NCBI GenBank assembly: GCA_003564155.1
Contig: PWOA01000042.1
Span: forward strand, 12,445 to 76,444
DNA from: Candidatus Cloacimonadota bacterium
GTDB taxonomy: Bacteria > Cloacimonadota > Cloacimonadia > Cloacimonadales > PWNZ01
Length of the DNA stretch: 64,000 bases
Reading direction: 5' to 3'
Every line of letters begins with the position of its first letter. Positions within the stretch are counted from its first letter, which is position 1. Under the pieces are notes generated by a model. It saw nothing but the letters and a program-made list of their open reading frames with translations. It ran no database searches and had not been told where the DNA came from. Made by a program: the position numbers and the translations under genes. Below, in pieces: positions 20,506 through 30,892 of the stretch.

Positions 20506-23085
20506 TTAAATTGTTTTTAAGGAGAATTTTTGGTCTGAATAATCTAGTTCTATTTGAGAATCATCTTTAATAGTACCCTCTAACATAGAGATTGCTAAAT
20601 TATTTTCAATTTCTTTTTGAATGACTCTTTTTAACGGCCGTGCTCCAAACTGAGGCTCATATCCTTCTTCAGCAATTCGATCAAGGGCGTTATCAGCAAT
20701 ATGCAGAGATATTCTTTTTTCAGCCAATCTATTTTGAAGTTCTCTGATTTGAATTTTTACTATGTTTTTAATCTGTTCTTTATTCAGGCGATGGAATATG
20801 ATTATTTCATCCAAGCGGTTCAAAAATTCTGGTTTGAAATATTGCTGCAAAACGTTCATTAACTTATCACTTATATTTTCTGAAGGTTCTTCCCCGGCAT
20901 CAAAGATCATTTGCGAACCTACATTAGATGTCATGATAACAACGGTATTCTTAAAATTTACAGTTCTTCCTTTGCCGTCAGTTAGTCTTCCGTCATCTAA
21001 TATTTGTAACAAGATATTGAAGACATCGGGATGAGCTTTTTCGATTTCATCAAATAAGAGGATGCTATAAGGTTTTCTTCGGACTGCTTCCGTCAAATAA
21101 CCACCTTCTTCGTAACCAACGTAACCAGGAGGAGCACCGATAAGTCTGGCAACAGAATGTTTTTCCATAAATTCGGACATGTCAAGCCGAATCATAGATT
21201 TTTCCGTGTCAAACAAGAAAGCTGCTAATGTTTTAGCTAATTCAGTTTTACCTACACCAGTCGGTCCTAAGAACATAAATGTTCCGATTGGTTTTTCACT
21301 GTCGGCTAACCCACTGCGAGATCTTCTGATAGCATTTGAAACTGCGTCGATTGCTTCTTTTTGACCAACAACTCTATTCGCCAGAAAACTTTCCATGTTT
21401 ATCAACTTTTCCAACTCACTTTGGAGGAGTTTAGAGACAGGAATATGTGTCCATTTTGCTACTATCTCAGCTATCATTTCTTCATCCACTTGTTCTTTGA
21501 GCAATTGATCTTCTTTAGGTATATTTTTCATTTGCCGTTTAAATTCATCCAAAGCTTTCTGTTTTTGCGGCAATGCCCCATACTTTAATTCTGCAACTTT
21601 ACCTAAGTTGCCGTCACGTTCGGCTTTTTGAATTTCACTTTTGATATTTTCAATTTCTTCTGAGGTAGTACTTATCATTTTAAGAGCATTTTTTTCTCTT
21701 TCCCAATTTAAGGTTAATCTTCTTTCTTTTTCTTGCAGGTCAGCCATTTCTTTTTTTAGTTTATTCAATCTTTCTTTCGAGGCCGGATCTTTTTCTTTTT
21801 GGATAGAGAGTTTCTCAATTTCTAATTGTCTAATTTTTCTTTTTATTTCATCAATCTCTGTTGGGATAGAATCAATTTCCATTTTTAAGTATGAACATGA
21901 TTCATCAACTAAGTCTATAGCTTTATCAGGTAAAAAACGATCCGAGATGTAACGATCCGATAGCACAGCAGCGGCTACTAAAGCACTATCAGTAATTTGA
22001 ACTCCGTGGTGAACTTCATATTTTTCTTTTATACCTCTAAGAATTGATATGGTATCTTCTACAGAAGGTTCTGAAATGAGAATTGGCTGAAATCTTCTTT
22101 CTAGGGCTGCATCTTTTTCTATATACTTACGATATTCATTCATAGTAGTTGCCCCAATGCAATGAAGTGTTCCTCTTGCTAATGCAGGTTTTAGCATATT
22201 AGAAGCATCAACGGATCCTTCTGCAGCTCCAGCACCCACAACCGTATGGATTTCATCGATAAACAGTAAGATTTTCCCATCAGCTGCTTCGATTTCTTTG
22301 AGTACGGCTTTTAATCTTTCTTCAAATTCGCCCCGGAATTTTGCACCTGCTATCAAAGCTGCCATGTCCAACTCTAATAGATCCTTATCTTTAAGATTAT
22401 CGGGTATATCCCTATCAATAATTCTCTTAGCCAAACCTTCCGCAATCGCGGTTTTACCGACTCCGGGATCACCTATTAATAGTGGATTATTTTTACGTCT
22501 TCGTGACAAAATTTGTATTGTACGACGAATTTCATCATCACGTCCTATAACGGGATCTAATTTCCCTTGGGAAGCCATAAGAGTTAGGTTTCGAGCATAT
22601 TTCTGCAGCGCTTGATATTTTACTTCCGGATTTTGGTCTGTAACTCTTTGATTTCCTCTTATTTCTTTCAAGGCTTTGATAATTTTATGTCGATCTATTT
22701 TATAATCCGAAACAATTTTATTTGTCTTTGTTCCTTTTTCGATTATAGCTAAGAGTAAATGTTCTAAGCTGATAAATTCATCTTGAAATAGTTGCATTTC
22801 TTTTTCAGCTTGAATTAATACCTTATTTAATTCACCGGATAAATAGACTTGCGAAATATTACTAACCTTAGGCAGAAGTTGAATCTCTTTGTTTATGTCA
22901 TAAATTAATTGATTAGTATCAATATCAATTTTTTTGAGAAGAGGGACAACTAATCCTTCTTCTTGTTGTAATAAAGCTGCAAAAAAGTGTATAGATAAGA
23001 TTTCTTGATTACCTTGTTCCTGAGCTATATTTTTGGCAGTTTCCAAAGTTTCTTGAGACTTGACAGTAAAGCGATTAACATTCAT
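20506..23085 (-). CDS. clpB: ATP-dependent chaperone ClpB
   Basis: Two AAA modules (GDPGVGKT, GPTGVGKT), coiled-coil middle domain, GARPLKR. ATG 23085 follows GGAGG. Confidence 0.98.
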   Translation of the reverse strand: MNVNRFTVKSQETLETAKNIAQEQGNQEILSIHFFAALLQQEEGLVVPLLKKIDIDTNQLIYDINKEIQLLPKVSNISQVYLSGELNKVLIQAEKEMQLFQDEFISLEHLLLAIIEKGTKTNKIVSDYKIDRHKIIKALKEIRGNQRVTDQNPEVKYQALQKYARNLTLMASQGKLDPVIGRDDEIRRTIQILSRRRKNNPLLIGDPGVGKTAIAEGLAKRIIDRDIPDNLKDKDLLELDMAALIAGAKFRGEFEERLKAVLKEIEAADGKILLFIDEIHTVVGAGAAEGSVDASNMLKPALARGTLHCIGATTMNEYRKYIEKDAALERRFQPILISEPSVEDTISILRGIKEKYEVHHGVQITDSALVAAAVLSDRYISDRFLPDKAIDLVDESCSYLKMEIDSIPTEIDEIKRKIRQLEIEKLSIQKEKDPASKERLNKLKKEMADLQEKERRLTLNWEREKNALKMISTTSEEIENIKSEIQKAERDGNLGKVAELKYGALPQKQKALDEFKRQMKNIPKEDQLLKEQVDEEMIAEIVAKWTHIPVSKLLQSELEKLINMESFLANRVVGQKEAIDAVSNAIRRSRSGLADSEKPIGTFMFLGPTGVGKTELAKTLAAFLFDTEKSMIRLDMSEFMEKHSVARLIGAPPGYVGYEEGGYLTEAVRRKPYSILLFDEIEKAHPDVFNILLQILDDGRLTDGKGRTVNFKNTVVIMTSNVGSQMIFDAGEEPSENISDKLMNVLQQYFKPEFLNRLDEIIIFHRLNKEQIKNIVKIQIRELQNRLAEKRISLHIADNALDRIAEEGYEPQFGARPLKRVIQKEIENNLAISMLEGTIKDDSQIELDYSDQKFSLKTI

Positions 23086-23362
23086 ATATAACCTCCATAA
23101 CAAAACTATGCTACTAATAATATATACTCTCTTATCGGGAAGGCAAATTCAGTATAGATATGAAAAAAGTCAACCCGATAATTAAGGCGATTATTATTTG
23201 GCTAATTATATGAAGGAAAGAATGATATATTTCAGATCGGCAAAGAGAGATCTGAAAATGAAGTAGTTATGGGTTAAATATTGTTGACTAAATTTGTGCA
23301 GAAATTAGTTGAATTTAGTAATAGTAGATACATTATATAGATAATATCACAGGAGATGAAGA

Positions 23363-24175
23363 ATGCCGAAAAAAAGAACGACAAGTATTCCAGGATATAT
23401 CATTCTAATTATCTTAGTATTAAGTGTTTTAATCATCTATCTAAATATTCGTATTAATAGACTGAACGATGAGCTTAATAGTATTATTGTCATTGATTGG
23501 CAAGGAGATAATATCTCAATTAATCGAGGGAATGCATCAAGATTACCTCTAATAACAGTTACTGCAGAATTTGTTAATCAAGGTTTTTCTTCAAAATCAC
23601 CCTTTAATGATGGGAAGAGTTTTTCAGAACTTGTAAATGACTATGTAAAATATGGAAGAAGTGATATGTACGGAAATCCAAGGAGAACCGGAGAAATCAG
23701 AAGAATTCACGAAGGTGTTGATTTATATGTCCCCGAGGATACTCCAGTCTATCCATTATTTTCGATAGGTATAGTTACCGAGGTGAGCGATGATCCGGAT
23801 TTTATGTTTAAAACCATCGGCTATAGAGGTGACACAAGAATTGATTCCGTAGGAGTTGAATACGGGAAGATAGTTAGGATATTATATCCTGAAGGCGTGG
23901 AGAGTGTTTATGCTCATTTAAATGAAGTATTAGTTGAAGAGGGTCAAATTGTAGGTCCTGATACTAAGGTAGGACTCACCGGTTATACAGGTAATATAAG
24001 AAATAGTGGTAAACCTTCTCATTTGCATGTTGAATTGAGAGACAGAAATAATTATAGTTTTGATCCGGAACATAGACTTTATTCAAATAATTATGCCATG
24101 GATTTATTTTTAGAACGACTTTTTATATCTTTAAATGATCGGGAAAACAATGATGTAAAACTATTAGAAAGGTAA
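23363..24175 (+). CDS. Membrane-anchored M23 family metallopeptidase
   Basis: N-terminal TM, HEGVD (HxxxD), YAHL, G.TG, HLHVE. Confidence 0.9.
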   Translation: MPKKRTTSIPGYIILIILVLSVLIIYLNIRINRLNDELNSIIVIDWQGDNISINRGNASRLPLITVTAEFVNQGFSSKSPFNDGKSFSELVNDYVKYGRSDMYGNPRRTGEIRRIHEGVDLYVPEDTPVYPLFSIGIVTEVSDDPDFMFKTIGYRGDTRIDSVGVEYGKIVRILYPEGVESVYAHLNEVLVEEGQIVGPDTKVGLTGYTGNIRNSGKPSHLHVELRDRNNYSFDPEHRLYSNNYAMDLFLERLFISLNDRENNDVKLLER

Positions 24176-24180
24176 TACTG

Positions 24181-25077
24181 ATGGAAGAAATTAAGTTAAA
24201 CATAAGGAATAGTCATTGTCAAGGACTTTATTCCCTAAGAAGTTTTATTATTTCTATAATGGACAATGAAAGAAGGTTAAGCAAAATACAATCATTGATT
24301 ATGATTCTGATGATTCTGTTTTCCCTTGTGTTCTTAGGTTGTGCACAAGAGAGGTTAATTTTAACCGAACAGGAAAAAATGTTCAAGAACTTAGGAGTAA
24401 AAACTTCTATAAAATGGAATGAGGATGTTGTTAATCAAATACGTCACTATGATGAATATGGTAGATTGATCGAAGAAAAATGGCAAAATCCTAAAGGTTT
24501 TGTTGTTACTAGGAGAGAATTAATTTACGACGAAGTTACCGGAAGACGATCGAAAACCTTATGGTATAGAGCGGATCGGGCACTTAAAAGTAAGCAGAAA
24601 TTTAATTATGATGAACGGGACAGACTAATCGAAGAAAGATGGTTAACACCTTCTGATGTTATAAGAACTGTAACTCTGTATGAATATATGAATGACAAGA
24701 TTGCATCTGAACGCAAGAAGAATAACAGAGGACATTTATTATATAACAGAGAATACGACTATAATGACAATTATAAGGAACTCGTAGAAATAAATGCTAA
24801 GGGTGATATTTCAAATCGCCAATTATATAAATATGACGATGAAGGTCAAAGGGTAAAAGAATATTGGTTTAATATTGAAGGAAAAATTATAACAACTAAG
24901 GAATACATTTATAAGGATGGATCATTAGTTGAAGAGGTTCATTATGAGGAAGACGATCAATTTAAGTATCGTCTTATAAAAAAATATAAAGATAATGGAC
25001 TTCTGGATTCCGAGAGTTGGCATGATCAAGATGGCATGATATATTTTGAAAACCAATATACATATGAATATTATTAA
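24181..25077 (+). CDS. Putative lipoprotein with about 24-aa YDxxGRL.EE beta-hairpin (YD/MORN-like) repeats; real start probably 24259 or 24301
   Basis: Lipobox-like FLGC after a hydrophobic stretch; repeats YDEYGRLIEE, YDERDRLIEE, YDDEGQRVKE, YKDGSLVEE, YKDNGLLDSE. Confidence 0.75.
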   Translation: MEEIKLNIRNSHCQGLYSLRSFIISIMDNERRLSKIQSLIMILMILFSLVFLGCAQERLILTEQEKMFKNLGVKTSIKWNEDVVNQIRHYDEYGRLIEEKWQNPKGFVVTRRELIYDEVTGRRSKTLWYRADRALKSKQKFNYDERDRLIEERWLTPSDVIRTVTLYEYMNDKIASERKKNNRGHLLYNREYDYNDNYKELVEINAKGDISNRQLYKYDDEGQRVKEYWFNIEGKIITTKEYIYKDGSLVEEVHYEEDDQFKYRLIKKYKDNGLLDSESWHDQDGMIYFENQYTYEYY

Positions 25078-25108
25078 TGGAATATAATAACTTATTGAGG
25101 TGGACTGA

Positions 25109-25312
25109 GTGAAAAAAGCAATCGTTAAATTAGAAGATTCTCAAGTAGGTGAAATTACAATTGTGATTCCCAAGATTAGAGATTACCATAAAAGTTTTTC
25201 CAGTGTAGTAATCAGTTATGACAATGGTAATACTCGTAATATAGAAGGCGATGATCTCAATGAAATAATCGAGTTATTAGACAAAGCAATCGAGAGATAT
25301 TATTCAGATTGA
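25109..25312 (+). CDS. Hypothetical 67-aa protein
   Basis: GTG start with GAGGTGG RBS, co-oriented with the two upstream genes. Confidence 0.65.
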   Translation: MKKAIVKLEDSQVGEITIVIPKIRDYHKSFSSVVISYDNGNTRNIEGDDLNEIIELLDKAIERYYSD

Positions 25313-25343
25313 TATTATGTTTTAAGTATTAGTTTCTTAATAA

Positions 25344-26333
25344 TTATCTCCACTGAATAGCTTTAACCGGGCACTTTTGAAGACATATTCCGCAACCTAC
25401 ACATAACTCAGTATTCACTTTATGCAGTTGTTTAAGCTCACCAGTTATGGCATTAACTGGACATTTTTTAGCACAGATAGTACAACCGACACATTTCTCT
25501 TCCAAAATATATGCCTTTTTCCTTTTACCGTCTAACTTGTCAAAAATAGCTTTTGTAGGGCATATTGATGCACATAATCCGCAGGAGATACATTTATTAT
25601 AATCAATTTCCGCTAAGTCATTATTCATTGTTATAGCATCCACCGGACATTTTTTCACACATAGTCCGCAATTAATGCAGGCGGTATTACTACCGCAACG
25701 CCGTTTGGCTTCAGGTCCTTTATCATGAGAGGAGCACAAAATATGAACTTGTTTAGAAATAGGTAAAACCTTAATAAGGTTTCGGGGACATGCTTTTTCA
25801 CAAGCTCCACAACCGGTACATTTTTCGGGTATGATTATCCTCATACCATTTTTATCGATATCAAAAGCTCCAAATTTACAAGAAGTAACACAATCATTTT
25901 GAAAGACACAACCAAAGTTACAGTAATTTGGACCATTAGATAACAACACAGCTGCTTTACAGGTTGCAATTCCATTATAATCATATCTCAACAAAGTGTT
26001 TTCATATCCACCACTCTGGCATAATATGACAGCGATCTTCTTTTCTTTAGCAGTAGCTTCAATTCCCATAATATCGGCTATACGTTTTACAGTATCAGCA
26101 CCACCCGGTGCACATAGATTAATAGCAAGTCCTTTATTGACAATGCCTTCAGCATAACCAAAACATCCTGGGAATCCACAAGCACCACAGTTCACACCCG
26201 GCAAACTATCTGCAATTTTTTCTATTTTTGGATCGACCTCTACGTGAAATTTTTTTGAGGCTATAGCTAAGATTAAACCATAAACTAAGCCTAAACTACC
26301 AACGATTATGCCCGGTAAAACTATCTGAGTCAT
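25344..26333 (-). CDS. rnfB: Rnf complex subunit B (polyferredoxin type)
   Basis: LPGVNCGACGFPGC and multiple CxxCxxCxxxCP motifs. Confidence 0.96.
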   Translation of the reverse strand: MTQIVLPGIIVGSLGLVYGLILAIASKKFHVEVDPKIEKIADSLPGVNCGACGFPGCFGYAEGIVNKGLAINLCAPGGADTVKRIADIMGIEATAKEKKIAVILCQSGGYENTLLRYDYNGIATCKAAVLLSNGPNYCNFGCVFQNDCVTSCKFGAFDIDKNGMRIIIPEKCTGCGACEKACPRNLIKVLPISKQVHILCSSHDKGPEAKRRCGSNTACINCGLCVKKCPVDAITMNNDLAEIDYNKCISCGLCASICPTKAIFDKLDGKRKKAYILEEKCVGCTICAKKCPVNAITGELKQLHKVNTELCVGCGICLQKCPVKAIQWR

Positions 26334-26405
26334 TTATTGTCTCCTTAAATATTAATCTTTAGCTGTTAACTATTCTTTGGCTATCATCGATATAGTCTTA
26401 TATAA

Positions 26406-26984
26406 TTAAATATTAAACCCAGCAAATCCGAGGAATGCTAAAGCCATACATCCAGCGAGAATGAATGATATAGGTAGATCTTTCATACTTTCGGGAACCG
26501 GTGATTTGTCTAATCTTTCTCTTAAACCTGCCATTATTATCAAGACTACAGTAAACCCTATTCCTGCAAATATGCCATGAAGAATAGATTCAATAAATGT
26601 TAGTGATTCATTAATATTAATTATTGAGACACCTAAAACGGCGCAATTTGTCGTAATTAATGGCAAAAACACGCCTAAAGATTTATATAGTGATGGTGCC
26701 ATTTTTTGGATGACCATCTCCACGAATTGCACTAAAGTAGCAATTGTCAGAATAAAGGCTATCGTCTGCAAATATACTAAATCAAAAGGAATGAGCAAGT
26801 AGTTATGTATCATCCATGTAATAGTAGATGCCATTGACATAACAAATATAACTGCCATTCCCATTCCTAAGGCTTGATCTAGTTTTTTTGATACTCCAAT
26901 ATAAGGACAGAGTCCTAAGAACCTAGTTAAAACGAAATTGTTAATAAATATTGCTGAAATAGCTAGCGTAAATATATTACCCAC
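26406..26984 (-). CDS. rnfA: Rnf complex subunit A
   Basis: NNFVL.RFLGLCP, LPLITTNCAVLG, GLRERL. Confidence 0.97.
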   Translation of the reverse strand: MGNIFTLAISAIFINNFVLTRFLGLCPYIGVSKKLDQALGMGMAVIFVMSMASTITWMIHNYLLIPFDLVYLQTIAFILTIATLVQFVEMVIQKMAPSLYKSLGVFLPLITTNCAVLGVSIININESLTFIESILHGIFAGIGFTVVLIIMAGLRERLDKSPVPESMKDLPISFILAGCMALAFLGFAGFNI

Positions 26985-27050
26985 TATAATTCCTCCATGT
27001 TATTTACAAGGACTTTTCAGGTTAGTAATGATATAAAATTCCAAACTTCA

Positions 27051-27647
27051 TTAGTCGGTTTCCGGCTTTTTGAAAAGATTAATTAACCCCATAAGTAAAC
27101 CTAAGGTTAAGAATGCTCCCGGTGCAAGTATAGCCACCAAAATCGGCTGATAATTATTTGGGAAGATTTGAATACCCATCAATTGACCGGCACCTAATAA
27201 TTCTCTAAAAAAAGCGACGGCAACGAGAGCAATTGTAAAACCAATACCCATACCAATGCCGTCAAATATTGATTTGAGAACGCTATTACGGCTAGCAAAT
27301 GCTTCTGCTCTACCTAAGATTACGCAATTAACAACGATTAAAGGAATAAATATTCCCAAATTCCTATGTAGATCCGGTAAGTAGGCGTTCATTGTCATAT
27401 CGACGATAGTAACGAAAGAGGCGATTACTACTATGTAACATGGTATTCTAATTTTTGGAGGGATAAAATTTTTAAGTAAAGAAATTAGAATATTTGAACA
27501 TAATAAAACAAATGTTGCTGCTCCACCCATTCCAATTGCATTCTCTATAGAATTGGAAACTGCAAGGGCCGGACATAGCCCAAGTGCCATAATGAATACC
27601 GGATTTTCTTTGATAAATCCTTTGGTTAATTCTTTTATCAAACTCAT
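27051..27647 (-). CDS. rnfE: Rnf complex subunit E
   Basis: ENP...LGLCP.LAV, IPLIVVNC.ILGRAEAFA, PGAF. Confidence 0.97.
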   Translation of the reverse strand: MSLIKELTKGFIKENPVFIMALGLCPALAVSNSIENAIGMGGAATFVLLCSNILISLLKNFIPPKIRIPCYIVVIASFVTIVDMTMNAYLPDLHRNLGIFIPLIVVNCVILGRAEAFASRNSVLKSIFDGIGMGIGFTIALVAVAFFRELLGAGQLMGIQIFPNNYQPILVAILAPGAFLTLGLLMGLINLFKKPETD

Positions 27648-28222
27648 ACCGTCTCCTTATCTTTAGAATAATCATGTTTAGTATTATCAGACAAATCCTT
27701 TGTTTGTTCAATGATAATATCCGACGCTTTTTTAACTGAGTTCGTTAATGCTCGTGCAGTAATAGTAGCACCGGTAATATTATCAATATCACCGCTATCA
27801 ACATCAATATACAGTTCATCAACTTCCTTGCCTGAAAATTGGTTTGTGAATTCGGGACGAGTGCAATTTGCGCCTAAGCCCGGAGTTTCTGTTTGAATAA
27901 GAACCGATATGGAAAATATCTTATAATCAGCAGTTAATCCTACCATCGTTTGAATATCTCCACTATAACCTGCTCCAACAGCCATGAAAGTATAACCAAC
28001 TAACTGACCTTCCTCGTCATATCCTCTATAATATGGCAGATTGTCTTCTACATATTCAAATGTTTTGGCTTGAGGCAATACTGTTCTGCGAGCTTCAATT
28101 TCCATCTGCCGTTGATTTTCTTCAATAATTGGTTTGGTAAAATTGTTAACAAATGCTAAAACACCGCTGGCAATAGCAGCAATCATAAATAAAATGACTC
28201 CAAGTTTTATATAATATGTCAT
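27644..28222 (-). CDS. rnfG: Rnf complex subunit G
   Basis: GYSGDI, ETPGLG, FMN-attachment motif ITGATIT. Start at MTYYIK after GAGG. Confidence 0.95.
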   Translation of the reverse strand: MTYYIKLGVILFMIAAIASGVLAFVNNFTKPIIEENQRQMEIEARRTVLPQAKTFEYVEDNLPYYRGYDEEGQLVGYTFMAVGAGYSGDIQTMVGLTADYKIFSISVLIQTETPGLGANCTRPEFTNQFSGKEVDELYIDVDSGDIDNITGATITARALTNSVKKASDIIIEQTKDLSDNTKHDYSKDKETV

Positions 28223-28238
28223 ATAAACCTCATAATAA

Positions 28239-29363
28239 TTACTTTTTAGCACCAAATGGATTAGGTACTGTATATTTATCGATTAATGGTACCGCTAAGT
28301 TCATTAGTAAAATGGCAAAAGTTACTCCCTCAGGGAAACCACCCATTAGTCGTATTACAACGGTTATAAATCCACATCCGACACCAAATATTATTCTTCC
28401 ATTTTTTGTTAATGGTGATGTTACCATATCAGTTGCCATGAAGAGAGCACCTAACATTAATCCTCCGCCAAAGATATGGAAGAAGGGTAATAGGATAGAT
28501 GCTGAAAACAGTCCATCAATACCCCCAAAAATCAAGGTTAAAACAAAGACCGTAAATATATAGAAAGTGGGAATACGCCATTCAATTATCTTACGCCAAG
28601 CTAACCATAGAGCTCCCAAAATTAAAGCTGCTGCCGAAACTTCACCAATACAACCACCTACATTCCCCCAGAACAAGTTTTGTATAGTTGGTATACTAGC
28701 TATTTCTCCCATTAAAGATTGTGATGCATTGGGAATAACATTATTTATGTTTTCGACAAAAAGTGGGTCTCTAAGCTGTTTAATGACAGCTAAAGGTGTG
28801 GCTGACGTAACAAGGTTTTCTACCGCTTGAATGTTAATACTGGAAGTAATTCCACTAATAGAACTATACGCTGTTTCTTTCCAACCGGCAGCTGTAAGTG
28901 TTGGAAAGGAAGCTACTAAAAAAACTCTTCCTAATAAAGCTGGATTCATGGGATTATGTCCCAATCCACCAAAGATGTGTTTGCCTATGGATATTGCAAA
29001 AACTGACCCTAATACCGGTATCCACCAGGGAGCTGCTGCATGTAAATTGAATGCAATTAACATACCTGTTATCACGGCGCTACCATCAGTAATTGTAATA
29101 GGTTTTCCTCTTAGTTTTTGAATGATAGCTTCAGTCATGATTGCGGCAATTATTCCATACACCGTTAGTAATAAAGCATTGATGCCAAAGAATACTATAC
29201 CCATAATAAGCGCAGGTATTAATGCAAAAACTACGTTCCACATTACTGATTTTACTGATCGTTTCTCAATGATATGAGGTGAGGCAGAAACAGTATAAAG
29301 ATCGTGAGTATTTTCTCCAACTCTTTTTTGCTTGTTCGAATTTGATCTATTAGTTGTATTCAT
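28239..29363 (-). CDS. rnfD: Rnf complex subunit D
   Basis: FGGLG.N.MNPAL, TSATPL (FMN Thr), G.IGEVS, FMATD.VTSP, PEGV. Confidence 0.97.
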   Translation of the reverse strand: MNTTNRSNSNKQKRVGENTHDLYTVSASPHIIEKRSVKSVMWNVVFALIPALIMGIVFFGINALLLTVYGIIAAIMTEAIIQKLRGKPITITDGSAVITGMLIAFNLHAAAPWWIPVLGSVFAISIGKHIFGGLGHNPMNPALLGRVFLVASFPTLTAAGWKETAYSSISGITSSINIQAVENLVTSATPLAVIKQLRDPLFVENINNVIPNASQSLMGEIASIPTIQNLFWGNVGGCIGEVSAAALILGALWLAWRKIIEWRIPTFYIFTVFVLTLIFGGIDGLFSASILLPFFHIFGGGLMLGALFMATDMVTSPLTKNGRIIFGVGCGFITVVIRLMGGFPEGVTFAILLMNLAVPLIDKYTVPNPFGAKK

Positions 29364-29428
29364 GTTTGGTCTTCTTCTCCAACTCTTATACTGGTTAATT
29401 TACCCTCAGAGGGTGTGTTTTTTCAGAA

Positions 29429-30742
29429 TTAAAGATTTAATTCATTAATCTTGTTTTTGGCTATATCTATCCACTGTATTAACTTGATCTTAGAAGGACA
29501 TACATATGCACAACACCCGCATTTTATACAATCGACTGCTCCGGCGATTTTAGCCCCTTCCCAATCTTCATAAGTGGCATCATTGGCAATCTTGCTTGGT
29601 AACAAGTTCATGGGGCATACATCTATACAACTGCAGCAGCGAATACAAGCATGCTCTTTATAGGTTATGCTTTCTTTTTTACTTAAAACTATTAGACCGG
29701 AACTACCCTTAGTTACTGGGGTTATAAGTGTAGAAATAGCAAAACCCATCATTGGACCACCAGAAATAATTTTACCTATCTCCTCGTTGGTTTGTTCACA
29801 GCAATCTAATAAATCACTAAACAATGTCCCAATGCGAACATGGAGGTTTTTGGGTTTATTGACGATTTTGCCGGAGACTGTTACTATTCTGCTAATCAAT
29901 GGTTTTTGATACCTTACAGCTTCATAAGTAGCTATAGCAGTTGCAACATTTTGCACAATAACTCCAACATCCATCGGTAAGCCTCCATTATTCGGGACTT
30001 TACGTTTAGTAGAAGCATAAATTAGTTGTTTTTCAGCGCCTTGAGGGTATTTGAGTTTAAGTCCAACTACATTGATATTAGATTCGTCCTTGGTTATGTT
30101 CTTCATGGTTGAGATTGCATCAGGTTTATTGGCTTCAATACCAATATATGCTTTGACAGCTCCTGTTATCTTCATGAAGATCTTTAAACCTTTAATTATA
30201 TCTTCAGGATGTTCCAACATTAAACGATGATCAGCAGTAAGATAGGGCTCACATTCGACACCATTGATTATAATGGTATCGATTTTTTTGTTCTCAGGAG
30301 GTGAAAGTTTAACTACAGTCGGGAAACCTGCTCCTCCCATACCACAAATACCTGCAGCTTTTATTCTCTCCTTGATCTCTTCATTTCCTAACTTAGTATA
30401 GTCATTGTCACTTAGGTCGATCCAGTTGTCATCTCCTGTTCTTGTGACTTCTATTGCTGTTTGCATGTTACCTGTAGGATGGGGGAAACTGCCAATTTTT
30501 GTAACTTTACCAGTTATACTGGAATGTATCGGAACAGATACAAAACCTCCAGCTTTGGCAATTAATTGACCGGTTTTTACTTCGGCACCTTTTTTAACAA
30601 TCGGTATTGCCGATGCTCCTATATGCTGACTTAAAGGTATAATAACCTTGTCCGGCAAAGGATAGATTTCTATAGGTTCATTTTGAGAATACCTTTTATT
30701 GTCTCTTCCATGTATACCACCTGGAAAGGTTTTTAATCCCAT
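29429..30742 (-). CDS. rnfC: Rnf complex subunit C
   Basis: F.GGIH, QHIGA, GMGGAGFPT, ECEPYLTADHR, YPQGAEKQL, two 4Fe-4S motifs. Start at MGLKTF. Confidence 0.97.
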   Translation of the reverse strand: MGLKTFPGGIHGRDNKRYSQNEPIEIYPLPDKVIIPLSQHIGASAIPIVKKGAEVKTGQLIAKAGGFVSVPIHSSITGKVTKIGSFPHPTGNMQTAIEVTRTGDDNWIDLSDNDYTKLGNEEIKERIKAAGICGMGGAGFPTVVKLSPPENKKIDTIIINGVECEPYLTADHRLMLEHPEDIIKGLKIFMKITGAVKAYIGIEANKPDAISTMKNITKDESNINVVGLKLKYPQGAEKQLIYASTKRKVPNNGGLPMDVGVIVQNVATAIATYEAVRYQKPLISRIVTVSGKIVNKPKNLHVRIGTLFSDLLDCCEQTNEEIGKIISGGPMMGFAISTLITPVTKGSSGLIVLSKKESITYKEHACIRCCSCIDVCPMNLLPSKIANDATYEDWEGAKIAGAVDCIKCGCCAYVCPSKIKLIQWIDIAKNKINELNL

Positions 30743-30892
30743 ATCCAATCTCCAAAATCGAAATTTTATGTCATGATTTTTAATGATGTTATCTATGCAA
30801 GTTATTTCTGCATTTAGCAAAGGTTGTTTACAACACTTTACATTCAAAACATCATATGCTCTTGATAATTGCCTAACAATACAAAGATATTA

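Noticed and set aside
23104-23200. Heat-shock operator upstream of clpB; TTATCGGG...CCCGATAA dyad
   Set aside because: No CIRCE (TTAGCACTC-N9-GAGTGCTAA) match, and an 8-bp dyad with a long spacer could be chance.
24181-25077. Rhs/YD toxin
   Set aside because: Too short, has a lipoprotein signal, and lacks an Rhs core end motif or toxin domain.
29313-29387. 13-nt direct repeat (AAGAGTTGGAGAA on the minus strand) around the rnfD start
   Set aside because: Probably a small local duplication of the RBS region with no evident function.
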